Source of the DNA: Haloferax volcanii DS2
Lineage (GTDB): Archaea; Halobacteriota; Halobacteria; Halobacteriales; Haloferacaceae
Direction: 5' to 3'
Assembly (NCBI RefSeq): GCF_000025685.1
Contig: NC_013967.1
Location: 720,001-752,000 of the forward strand
DNA length: 32,000 bases
In this document: positions 1-6,804 of the stretch, piece after piece
Layout: each line of letters begins with the position of its first letter
How positions within the stretch are numbered: the first letter of the stretch is position 1
The notes under the pieces: model-generated
What the model was told of the DNA's origin: nothing
Seen by the model: only the letters and a program-made list of their open reading frames with translations
The model's database searches: none
Translations under genes and position numbers: made by a program

Positions 1-482
1 CCCACGGCGTCGAGTTCCTTCGCGTAGGTGCTCACCGTCGCCCGCGAGACGCCCAGTCGGGCGGCGAGTTCGCTCCCCGTCGCCGCGGGGTCGCGAAGCA
101 GGTGGACGAGCATCCCGCGCGGCGTGTCGCGGCGCAGGTAGCCGAGGGTGACCTGCTCGAACTCCGAGAACCGGCCCGCGGGGAAAAACCGCTTGTAGTC
201 GCCGTCGCGGCTGACTTCGAGGGTGCCGTCGTCGACGAGGTTCCGAAGGTGGTACTGCGTCTCGCCGGTTCCCAACTGGAGGTCGTCGCGGACCTTCGAG
301 AAGTGCGCGCCGGGGGTCGAGGCGACGTAGCCGACGATGGCGTCCCGCGCGTCGCTCGACCCCGACGAGTCGTCCTCGCCGTCGTCGCCGCCCCCGAGGC
401 CCACGAGCGGCGTGGCGGCCCCGAGCGCGGCGAATCGACGGAGGGTCGCGCGCTTGTCTTCGTCTACCCGGCGGTTCGACAT
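1..482 (-). CDS. Winged helix-turn-helix DNA-binding protein, partial (3' end lies beyond the left window edge)
   Basis: I translated the minus strand from the ATG at 482-480: MSNRRVDEDKRATLRRFAALGAATPLVGLGGGDDGEDDSSGSSDARDAIVGYVASTPGAHFSKVRDDLQLGTGETQYHLRNLVDDGTLEVSRDGDYKRFFPAG...GSELAARLGVSRATVSTYAKELDAV. It contains two wHTH-like segments and has acidic composition. It is absent from the ORF track because it is open at the edge. Confidence 0.75.
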   Translation of the reverse strand, partial: MSNRRVDEDKRATLRRFAALGAATPLVGLGGGDDGEDDSSGSSDARDAIVGYVASTPGAHFSKVRDDLQLGTGETQYHLRNLVDDGTLEVSRDGDYKRFFPAGRFSEFEQVTLGYLRRDTPRGMLVHLLRDPAATGSELAARLGVSRATVSTYAKELDAV

Positions 483-564
483 CTACCACCACATACGAGA
501 CGGCGCGAAGAAAAGGGCTTCGGCGTGTACACCCGTCCGAATCCGGGACGGTCCGGCGACGCGA

Positions 565-1839
565 CTATTCGAGGTCCTTCTCGAAGGATATCTCGCTTTC
601 GTCGTCGTCGGCCTCGTCGGCGGCCGGTTGGCCGTTACCCGCGGAGTTCGCGTCCGCCGAGCCGTCGGTCGCGGCCGCGTCCCCTGCGCCCTCGCTTTCC
701 GCGACGACCTCGTCGGACGACTTGATGGGCTGTTCGTCCTCGTCGGCCTCGGCGATGACCTCGTCGGGCGACTTGATGTCGTTGACCTCCGCGCCGGCCT
801 TGATGGCCTCGGCCTCCTGTTCGAGCTGTTCGACGTTCATCTCCGCGGCTTGGTCTATCTGGCCGAGGATCTCCTCGATGTCGTCGAGGCCGATGAGCTC
901 GCGGGTCTCCTCGTCGAACTGCTTGCTGGAGAGGCCCTCCATGTCCTGTACGTCGGAGCCGGTGAGCTGTTTGCCGTAGCGGCCGACGAGCGAGGTGAGC
1001 TCCTGCGGGAGGACGAACGTCGTCGACTCGCCCTGTCCGATGCGTTCGAGCGTCTCCATGCCTTTGTCGATGATGGCGCGCTCGCCCATCGACTCGGCGG
1101 ACTTCGCGCGGAGCACCGTCGAGATGGCGTCACCCTGCGCTTCGAGAATCTGCGACTGCTTTTCACCCTGCGCGCGGATGATGTTCGACTGCTTTTCACC
1201 CTCGGCCTGCTCGACGGCGGAGCGGCGCTCACCCTGCGCTTCGAGAATCATGGCGCGGCGGCGGCGCTCGGCGGAGGTCTGCTGCTCCATCGCCTGCTGC
1301 ACGTCGGCGCTGGGGTTGACCTCGCGGACCTCGACGGACTCCACGCGGACGCCCCACTCGTCGGTCGGCTCGTCGAGCTCCTTGCGGATGCGGGCGTTGA
1401 TTTCCTGGCGCTTGTTGAGCGTGTCGTCGAGTTCCATGTCGCCGAGGACCGCCCGGAGCGTCGTCTGGGCGAGGTTGGAGACGGCGCGCTTGTAGTCGTC
1501 GACTTCGAGGAACGCCTTCTTCGCGTCCATCACCTTGATGTAGACGACCGCGTCGGCCGTGACCGGCGAGTTGTCGCGCGTGATGGCTTCCTGCCGGGGC
1601 ACGTCGAGCGTCTGGGTCCGCATGTCGAACGCGTAGGTCCGAGAGACGAACGGCGGGATGAAGTTGATACCCGGTTCGAGGAGCCGTCGGAACTCACCGA
1701 ACACCGTGAGCGCCTTCTTCTCGTAGGCGTCCACGATTTCGACCATCTGGTACACCGTCACGATGGCGAGGACGAGCACGAGGAGGCCGACGACGACGCC
1801 TCCGATACCCAGCCCCGCTTGGAGGGCAAGTAGGTCCAT
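565..1839 (-). CDS. SPFH/Band 7 (stomatin/prohibitin-like) membrane protein with a long acidic C-terminal tail
   Basis: 424-aa ORF with an N-terminal TM helix (GIGGVVVGLLVLVLAIVTV). The SPFH core reads ITRDNSPVTADAVVYIKV...LRAVLGDMELDDTLNKRQEIN...WGVRVESVEVREVNP. It is followed by an AEGE/AQGE repeat coiled-coil region. ATG at 1839; TATA-like ATACTTATCATT on the minus strand at about 1862-1875. Confidence 0.93.
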   Translation of the reverse strand: MDLLALQAGLGIGGVVVGLLVLVLAIVTVYQMVEIVDAYEKKALTVFGEFRRLLEPGINFIPPFVSRTYAFDMRTQTLDVPRQEAITRDNSPVTADAVVYIKVMDAKKAFLEVDDYKRAVSNLAQTTLRAVLGDMELDDTLNKRQEINARIRKELDEPTDEWGVRVESVEVREVNPSADVQQAMEQQTSAERRRRAMILEAQGERRSAVEQAEGEKQSNIIRAQGEKQSQILEAQGDAISTVLRAKSAESMGERAIIDKGMETLERIGQGESTTFVLPQELTSLVGRYGKQLTGSDVQDMEGLSSKQFDEETRELIGLDDIEEILGQIDQAAEMNVEQLEQEAEAIKAGAEVNDIKSPDEVIAEADEDEQPIKSSDEVVAESEGAGDAAATDGSADANSAGNGQPAADEADDDESEISFEKDLE

Positions 1840-1978
1840 ACGCCCGCCTTGGGTTGGCAGAATGATAAGTATTCGTGTGATACGGGCGTCACGTCGGACG
1901 GTTTCGGGGCTGACGGGGCGTCAGATGGCGGTTCGGGTCGGTGGCGGTTCGGGCCGACCACGGCGTCGTGGCCGGAGG

Positions 1979-2581
1979 TCAGACGCCTTCCGTGCCCTCG
2001 CGTTCGAGTTCTTCTTCGTCTCGCTCCGCGGACTCCTCGTGCCGCCGCGCCCGTTCGCGGGCGAGTTCGCGGTCGATCTCGTCCTCGCCGGGACCGACTC
2101 CCTCGACGGTCACGACGTTGCCGCCGCCGGGGTCGACGACGATGACCTCGGTTCCCGCCTCCAGTTCGCCGTGGACCGACCGGGCGGCGTAGTAGGGGTT
2201 GAAGCCGCCCTCGTCGAGTTTGACCTCGCCGCTGGTCGGCGTGACGCGCTCCGTGACGCGCCCCATCTTGCCCGTCAGCGCGTCCGAGTCGCTCGTCTTC
2301 CCTTCTCCCTTCCCACCGTAGATATCGAGCTCTCGGTAGCCGTAGAGCGCGAGCGCGCCGAAGACGAAGACGAGCAGCCCGAGAATAATCGGGCTTGCCA
2401 GCGGTGCGATGAGGAGACCGGCCAGCCCCGCCGCGAGGAGGGCCACGCCGAGGACGACGAAGTGCGCGCCGGGGGCGATGGCCTCCGCGAGCGACAGGCC
2501 GAGCCCCGCGAGCACGAGCAACAGCGGGAGCGTCTCGGGACTGACGAGACCGGTCTGTAACGGGAGCGGCGGGTATGCCAT
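1979..2581 (-). CDS. NfeD family membrane protein (TM helices plus C-terminal OB-fold domain)
   Basis: 200-aa ORF with N-terminal hydrophobic helices. The C-terminal segment GKMGRVTERVTPTSGEVKLDEGGFNPYYAARSVHGELEAGTEVIVVD is typical of the NfeD C-terminal domain. It shows the classical NfeD-upstream-of-SPFH arrangement. Confidence 0.85.
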   Translation of the reverse strand: MAYPPLPLQTGLVSPETLPLLLVLAGLGLSLAEAIAPGAHFVVLGVALLAAGLAGLLIAPLASPIILGLLVFVFGALALYGYRELDIYGGKGEGKTSDSDALTGKMGRVTERVTPTSGEVKLDEGGFNPYYAARSVHGELEAGTEVIVVDPGGGNVVTVEGVGPGEDEIDRELARERARRHEESAERDEEELEREGTEGV

Positions 2582-2618
2582 ACCGGGTCTAGGGCCGTCG
2601 CCCGATTAAGGATTGAGG

Positions 2619-2641
2619 GTCGAACGCGGCGCGCGTTCGAC
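2619..2641. repeat. Perfect 10-bp inverted repeat GTCGAACGCG-gcg-CGCGTTCGAC
   Basis: Read directly from the sequence. It lies between the stop of the upstream minus-strand gene (2661) and the TATA-like CCTTAATC (minus strand, about 2606-2613) of the NfeD gene. It could be a transcript-end hairpin or an operator. Confidence 0.7.
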
Positions 2642-2660
2642 GCGCCGGATTCGGCCGCGC

Positions 2661-3857
2661 TCAGTCGTCGCCGTTCGGGTCGGTCGAGACTGCGTCGTCG
2701 TGGACGAACGCCACGGTGTCCTCGTTGGTCGGCTGGACGAGGACGGTCCCCGTGGTCGCGTTCGTCGGCACGGTGAAGACGGTCCAGACGTGCGCGTCAT
2801 CGCCCGGGGCGAACAGCCCGCCGTTGTCGAAGCCGGTCGCGTTCGACAGCGGTTGGTGCCCGTATCTGACGCCGTCCGATTCGAACACGAGCGCCGACTG
2901 CGACAGGCTTCCGGGCGAGTCGCCGGTGGCCGTCGCGTTGAAGCCGACGACGACGAACCGCTCTCCCTCCGGCGGGGCGTACGTCTGATTGCCGACCCGA
3001 AGCGTGTCGGTCGTTCGGGCGTTCCACCGGGCGACCACGTCGGCCGAGTCGGCGCTCGCACTCGACAGGGCGGAGACGGAGACGCCGTGGTCGCCCCCGG
3101 AACCGCCGCCGCTCGACCCGCCGAGTCCGTCCAGCATCGGCCCGAGCACGGCGACGGAGCCGAGCGCGAGGACGAGCAAGAGGACGGCGACGACGACGAC
3201 GCGAACGCTCGGCGGCGACCCGGATTTCAGGTCGTCGACCGACGACGGAAGCCTGTCGCGGAGCGAGCCCGCCGAGGAATCGCCGCCACCGCCGTCACCG
3301 CTATTGCCGCCGTTATCGCCGTCACCACCACCGGCGTCGCCACGGCCGTCGATGAGCCCAGCGAGTCGCTCGCGGACGGCGGCTATCGGGAGCGACGCCA
3401 ACGCGTCTTCCACGGGTTCGGGCAGGTCGAACGGCAGGCCGAACTCGACCTCGGCGGTCTCGAACACGTCGCCGTCGGTGTACTGCTTGACGGTCTGTTC
3501 GAGGCCCTCGTCGGCGACGGTCTCGCCGAGTTCGTCGCGGTCGAACAGCGTCACGTCGTGGTTCGTGGCGAACCCGCGGACCGCGTCAGCGAACTCGCCT
3601 TGCGTGGCGACGACGACGGTGTCGACGCCGCGCTTTTTCGCGTGCGCGACGAAGCCCTTGATGTGCTCGGTTTCGACGGTCGTCTCGACGGTCGGGAGCA
3701 CGAGCATGAGTCCCTTCGTGCCGTCGCCGCGCTGGCCCTGCACGAGGTATCTCCCCTCGCCGCGGGGCTGGGCGTTCGTCTGCCAGTTCCGCTGCGTCCA
3801 GAGGTCCGAGAGAAAGCGGACGAACTTCGTCGGTTCGAGTTCGACGAGTCTCGTCAC
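2661..3857 (-). CDS. Membrane protein: N-terminal Mrr-like (restriction endonuclease fold) domain, one TM helix, C-terminal DUF4352-like extracytoplasmic domain
   Basis: This ORF runs 2661..3986 in the track. I place the start at the GTG at 3857 (V44, giving MTRLVELEPTKFVRFLSDLW...) because the preceding 43 aa are Arg/Thr/Pro low complexity, unlike the acidic remainder. N-terminal domain: FVRFLSDLWTQRNW...GDGTKGLMLVLPT...VDTVVVATQGEFADAVRGFATNHDVTLFDRDEL. TM helix: VRVVVVAVLLLVLALGSVAVLGPML. C-terminal domain: PPEGERFVVVGFNATATG...LVFESDGVRY, with 4 N-x-T sequons. Confidence 0.8.
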   Translation of the reverse strand: MTRLVELEPTKFVRFLSDLWTQRNWQTNAQPRGEGRYLVQGQRGDGTKGLMLVLPTVETTVETEHIKGFVAHAKKRGVDTVVVATQGEFADAVRGFATNHDVTLFDRDELGETVADEGLEQTVKQYTDGDVFETAEVEFGLPFDLPEPVEDALASLPIAAVRERLAGLIDGRGDAGGGDGDNGGNSGDGGGGDSSAGSLRDRLPSSVDDLKSGSPPSVRVVVVAVLLLVLALGSVAVLGPMLDGLGGSSGGGSGGDHGVSVSALSSASADSADVVARWNARTTDTLRVGNQTYAPPEGERFVVVGFNATATGDSPGSLSQSALVFESDGVRYGHQPLSNATGFDNGGLFAPGDDAHVWTVFTVPTNATTGTVLVQPTNEDTVAFVHDDAVSTDPNGDD

Positions 3858-3888
3858 TGTTCGCGGCCCTCCGAGCCGTCGGGGGCGG

Positions 3889-3920
3889 GTCGTCGGTCGT
3901 GTCCGCGTCGTCGGTCGTGT
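3889..3920. repeat. Tandem direct repeat, 2 x GTCGTCGGTCGTGT (copies at 3889-3902 and 3907-3920, period 18)
   Basis: Read directly from the sequence. It lies 32-63 nt upstream of the proposed GTG start at 3857. If translated from the ATG at 3986 it would encode RPTTRT/RPTTRP. Confidence 0.8.
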
Positions 3921-4280
3921 GTCATCTTGTCGTCTGGGTGTTCGTCGGCGTCGCAGCCGCCGTGCGGCCGGTTCGGTGCGAAGCACGCGACGGCCGGGAG
4001 GGATATCGTCGCCACCGTGGGTTCGCCACCGCGGGTGGGTCCGTCGCGGGCGCGGGCGGCGCGACCACCGGCGTCGGAACCCGGCGTGCCGCGGAGCGCA
4101 CCGACGCGGCGACCACCACGGGAGGTGTGCGGACTGCGCGACTCAGCTCGGCTGGGCCGGGGAGTTGGCGGTGGTTCCCCTCGGGGTCACATAAATCAAC
4201 AGTCCCGATTATCAAAACAGAAAGTCGGACGGCGGAAGCCGGCTCTCACAGTGGGTCGCGGTCTGCGTCCGGTGGGTCGC

Positions 4281-4529
4281 TCAGAACGCGCCCGGGTACA
4301 CGGTGACGACGACGAGTCCGACCGCGAGAAGGACGCCGAGCAGGACGAACACGATGTTCTCCGCCCGCGGCGACTCGGGTTCGATGGGAAGTTGTTCGAC
4401 CTCCGGCTCGTCGTCGATGATGCCGTCGGGACCGACGTCGTCGACGCCGAAGCGCCACTCGCTGTCGCCGTCGCCATCGCCGTCACCGTCGCGGTCGTCG
4501 TCGGCCTCGGGAGAGGGTGCGCGGGACAT
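4281..4529 (-). CDS. Small membrane protein (acidic Asp/Gly-rich N-terminus, C-terminal TM helix)
   Basis: 82-aa ORF MSRAPSPEADDDRDGDGDGDGDSEWRFGVDDVGPDGIIDDEPEVEQLPIEPESPRAENIVFVLLGVLLAVGLVVVTVYPGAF. It has halophile-type acidic composition plus one clear TM helix. ATG at 4529. Confidence 0.6.
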   Translation of the reverse strand: MSRAPSPEADDDRDGDGDGDGDSEWRFGVDDVGPDGIIDDEPEVEQLPIEPESPRAENIVFVLLGVLLAVGLVVVTVYPGAF

Positions 4530-4573
4530 CGACTCGTGCGTAGGCGTCGCGGCGGGAAAGGGCTACCGCACTC

Positions 4574-6331
4574 CTACCGGCTGTCGCGGTCGTGGTTGAT
4601 GACGTCGCCCTCGTAGACGATGCCGCGCTCGGCGTGGAGCGTGACGGTCGCGCCCTGCGCGATGGTCTTCGGCAGCGGCGCGCCCGAGACCATCGGGATG
4701 TCGAGTTCGCGCGCGACGAGCGCCGGGTAGCCGGTCATGCCCGCGCGGGCGTCGACGATGCCGGCGAGCTTGTCGGCGTCGCCGTCGAACTCGCCGTCGA
4801 ACTCGGACGACAGCGCGAGAACCGCGCCCTCGGGGACGTCCGTGAGGTCGCCGTCCTCGGTGCGGTAGAGGGGGCCGGCGACGCGGCCGCCGACGATTTT
4901 CCGGCCCGTGGCGACGGGCTCGGCGGCGACGTGGACCTTGAGCATGTTCGTCGTGTTCGTCCCTTCGAGCTCCGTCATCATGCCGGAGAGGACGACGATG
5001 GTGTCGCCGGACTCCGCGACGCCGGCGTCGAGCGCGGCGGTGACGGCGTCGTCCATGACGCCCTCGACGCTCGGGCTGTAATCGGCGTACTGCGCCGAGA
5101 CGCCCCACGAGACGGCGAGCTGGCGGCGCGTCCGGTCGTTCGGCGTGACGGCGACGACGGGCACGCCGGGGCGGAACTTCGCGGTCTTCCGGGCGGTGTA
5201 GCCGGACTCGGAGACGGCGACGACGGCCGCGGCGTTCACGTCGCGGGCGAGGTAGCGCGCCGAGCGGGCGAGCGCCTCGGTGCGGGAGCCCTCGTCGGCG
5301 GTCGGGACGCGCTGTTCTTGGCTCTCGTCGTACTCGGGGCTGGCTTCGACTTCCTTGACGATGCGGGACATCGTCTCGACGACGCGGACGGGGTGGTCAC
5401 CGACTGCGGTCTCGCCGGAGAGCATCACGGCGTCGGTGCCGTCGAGGACGGCGTTGGCCACGTCGGACGCCTCCGCGCGGGTCGGGCGGCGCGAGCGGAC
5501 CATCGAGTCGAGCATCTCGGTCGCGGTGATGACCGGCACGCCCGCGGCCTGCGCTTTGCGGATGGTGCGCTTCTGGATGATGGGCACCTCTTCGAGGGGG
5601 CACTCGACGCCGAGGTCGCCGCGGGCGACCATCACGCCGTGGGCCGCCTGGATGATTTCGTCGAGGTTGTCGACCGCGCCGGCGCGCTCGATTTTGGCGA
5701 TGATGGGAATCTCCGCGCCGAGGTTCTCGAGGGTGTCGCTGATGGTGTAGACGTCCTCCGCGTCGCGGATGAACGAGGCGGCGACGTAGTCGACTTCCTT
5801 CTCGGCGGCGAGCTTCAGGTTCTCGTAGTCGGAGTCGGTGATGAGGTCGATGTCGAGGTCGACGCCGGGGACGTTCACGCCCTTGCGCGAGCTGAGCTCC
5901 CCGCCGGAGACGATGGTCGCGTGGACCGAATCGTCCTCGACGTACTCGACGGTGGCCTCGATGCGGCCGTCGTCGAGGAGGATGGTGTCGCCGGCCTCCG
6001 CGGCGGTGATGGAGTACGACAGGCCGACGGCCTCGGGCGTGGCCTCGTCGCCCTCGTAGAAGCGGACCTCGCTTCCGGTTTCGAGGTAGATGTCCTCGTC
6101 GATGTCGGCGGTTCGGACTTCGGGGCCTTGCAGGTCGAGCATGGCCGCGAGCGGTTCGTCGGTCGCGTCGTCGACGGCGCGGATGCTGTCGATGACGTCG
6201 GACCGGTGTTCGACGTTGCCGTGGCTCGCGTTCATCCGGGCGACGCTCATGCCGGCGTCGGCGAGCCCGCGAATCGTCTCTCGGTCGAACGACGCGGGAC
6301 CGAGGGTACAGACGATTTTTGCGTTTCTCAT
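4574..6331 (-). CDS. pykA: Pyruvate kinase with a C-terminal PEP-utilizer (swivel)-like extra domain
   Basis: 585-aa ORF MRNAKIVCTLGPAS...MNASHG...LDLQGPEVR...IIAKIERAGAVDNLDEI...MVARGDLGVE...ATEMLDSM, which are canonical PK motifs. The C-terminal ~90 aa align to the PpsA swivel domain present in the same window. Confidence 0.96.
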   Translation of the reverse strand: MRNAKIVCTLGPASFDRETIRGLADAGMSVARMNASHGNVEHRSDVIDSIRAVDDATDEPLAAMLDLQGPEVRTADIDEDIYLETGSEVRFYEGDEATPEAVGLSYSITAAEAGDTILLDDGRIEATVEYVEDDSVHATIVSGGELSSRKGVNVPGVDLDIDLITDSDYENLKLAAEKEVDYVAASFIRDAEDVYTISDTLENLGAEIPIIAKIERAGAVDNLDEIIQAAHGVMVARGDLGVECPLEEVPIIQKRTIRKAQAAGVPVITATEMLDSMVRSRRPTRAEASDVANAVLDGTDAVMLSGETAVGDHPVRVVETMSRIVKEVEASPEYDESQEQRVPTADEGSRTEALARSARYLARDVNAAAVVAVSESGYTARKTAKFRPGVPVVAVTPNDRTRRQLAVSWGVSAQYADYSPSVEGVMDDAVTAALDAGVAESGDTIVVLSGMMTELEGTNTTNMLKVHVAAEPVATGRKIVGGRVAGPLYRTEDGDLTDVPEGAVLALSSEFDGEFDGDADKLAGIVDARAGMTGYPALVARELDIPMVSGAPLPKTIAQGATVTLHAERGIVYEGDVINHDRDSR

Positions 6332-6332
6332 G

Positions 6333-6348
6333 GCGTCGCCTACGAGTG
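6333..6348 (-). promoter_or_regulatory. Degenerate copy of the ACTCG-N4-CGAGT palindrome between the pykA TATA box and the ATG
   Basis: The minus strand reads CACTCGTAGGCGACGC. One half-site is perfect (ACTCG) and the other matches 3/5 (CGACG). It is 12/16 identical to the ppsA site CACTCGAAGGCGAGTA. Confidence 0.4.
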
Positions 6349-6350
6349 AC

Positions 6351-6360
6351 TGATAAAAAA
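6351..6360 (-). promoter_or_regulatory. TATA box of pykA (TTTTTTATCA on the minus strand)
   Basis: AT-rich box centred about 24 nt upstream of the pykA ATG (6331). This spacing is typical for haloarchaeal leaderless transcripts. Confidence 0.6.
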
Positions 6361-6371
6361 GCCCGATGATG

Positions 6372-6387
6372 AACTCGGTGCCGAGTA
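6372..6387 (-). promoter_or_regulatory. Palindromic operator candidate TACTCG-GCAC-CGAGTT (TACT-N7-GAGT; TrmB-like)
   Basis: The plus strand reads AACTCGGTGCCGAGTA, with perfect 5-bp inverted arms ACTCG/CGAGT and a 4-nt spacer. It lies just upstream of the pykA TATA/BRE region. The same motif occurs upstream of ppsA. Confidence 0.5.
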
Positions 6388-6445
6388 ACGGGTTCGCATA
6401 CGTACTCTCTATAGTTCGCCCGTCGAACTGACCGCTCGGGCGGCC

Positions 6446-6733
6446 TCACGGGATCATAATGGTCGTTTGATAAATTTCTCCGTCGTATCTGACGTATCCC
6501 GGGTCGCGGAACTCGTTTCTGTCCGTTCCTTCCCGGAGCGTCACGGGCTCGCCCCCGAGCGCCTGCCGGAACGCAGACTGTTGGTCCGGGGCGAGGTTCT
6601 GGTACGAGACGGCCCCCTCGCTCTGCGGGAGGTCGTCGACTCGGGTGACGCTCAGCCTCGCCGTCCCGCTTCCGCCGCCGAGACAGCCCGTCGAGAGGAC
6701 GAGCGCCGCGGCGAGCAACACGCTGACTCGCAT
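6446..6733 (-). CDS. Small secreted/lipobox-like protein of unknown function (paralog A)
   Basis: The ORF in the track runs 6446..6760. I prefer the ATG at 6733, giving MRVSVLLAAALVLSTGCLGGG, a signal peptide with a lipobox-like STGC. Conserved C-terminus: NEFRDPGYVRYDGEIYQTTI. Confidence 0.65.
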   Translation of the reverse strand: MRVSVLLAAALVLSTGCLGGGSGTARLSVTRVDDLPQSEGAVSYQNLAPDQQSAFRQALGGEPVTLREGTDRNEFRDPGYVRYDGEIYQTTIMIP

Positions 6734-6804
6734 GGACGGCGCTCCAGCGTCGCCGCTCAAATCGGCTCCGGTCTCGGGGCGGGATTCGAGCGCCGAACGC
6801 CGGC

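Noticed and set aside
3858-3986. N-terminal 43-codon extension (MLRTEPAARRLRRRRTPRRQDDTRPTTRTRPTTRPRRLGGPRT) of the Mrr-like ORF
   Set aside because: It is extremely basic Arg/Thr/Pro low complexity, generated in part by an 18-nt tandem repeat. The domain homology begins right after the GTG at 3857. It is kept as an open question in the findings rather than called as CDS.
2613-4616. 667-aa plus-strand ORF (plus 4592..6349, 585 aa, antisense to pykA)
   Set aside because: It is antisense to the Mrr-like gene and the small membrane protein. Its sequence is basic and low complexity, and it also crosses the non-coding spacer.
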